From: Leptogorgia sarmentosa | Taxonomy: Eukaryota | Reading direction: 5' to 3' | NCBI GenBank assembly: GCA_964658305.1 | Contig: OZ210884.1 | Location: 3,720,001 to 3,784,000, forward strand | Length of the DNA: 64,000 nt | Shown here: in pieces, positions 63,914 through 64,000 of the stretch | How the letters are laid out: every line of letters starts with the position of its first letter | Position numbering within the stretch: position 1 is the first letter of the stretch | Program-made: the position numbers and the translations under genes | Notes under the pieces: model-generated | The model's input: only the letters and a program-made list of their open reading frames with translations | The model's database searches: none | What the model was told of the DNA's origin: nothing

Positions 63914-64000
63914 ATGGATATCACTGAAGTTAGGAAGATGAATGCCAAGGAACAGAAGAACTTCAGAAGAAAGGAAAAAGAGAGAAAAGAACGAGCAAAG
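63914..64000 (+). CDS. Possible start of a gene running off the window (charged Lys/Arg/Glu-rich N-terminus)
   Basis: ATG at 63914 is open to the window end: MDITEVRKMNAKEQKNFRRKEKERKERAK. Only 29 codons are visible. Confidence 0.35.
   Translation, partial: MDITEVRKMNAKEQKNFRRKEKERKERAK

Overview
AT-rich, intron-containing eukaryotic (animal) genomic DNA. It is most likely anthozoan cnidarian, an inference from the domain content and repeat types. Most entries in the ORF track are spurious; the real genes appear only after splicing by hand. (1) A 3-exon minus-strand gene (6412->3847) encodes a 193-aa secreted precursor: signal peptide, propeptide, RVRR furin site, a 5-Cys domain and a Thr/Ser-rich tail. 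(2) A repeat-rich stretch (~7-34.5 kb) has no gene I could model, only MITEs, hairpin elements and two old satellites. (3) A tandem duplication (unit A ~35615-46495, unit B ~47992-61370) carries in each unit an intact 8-exon gene for a 485-aa secreted protein that fuses a NIDO domain to a fibrinogen-related, USOMP5-like domain. The two copies differ heavily by amino-acid replacement in the NIDO half but look identical in the last two exons. (4) Two diverged paralogues of a ~57-aa RING-like zinc-binding microprotein flank the pair. (5) A cluster of mobile elements sits at the duplication junction: hairpin element, Penelope RT/GIY-YIG remnant, Tc1/mariner derivative and an HPSQ-motif ORF relic. 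All gene models, family names and difference counts are by eye or from memory; no searches were run.
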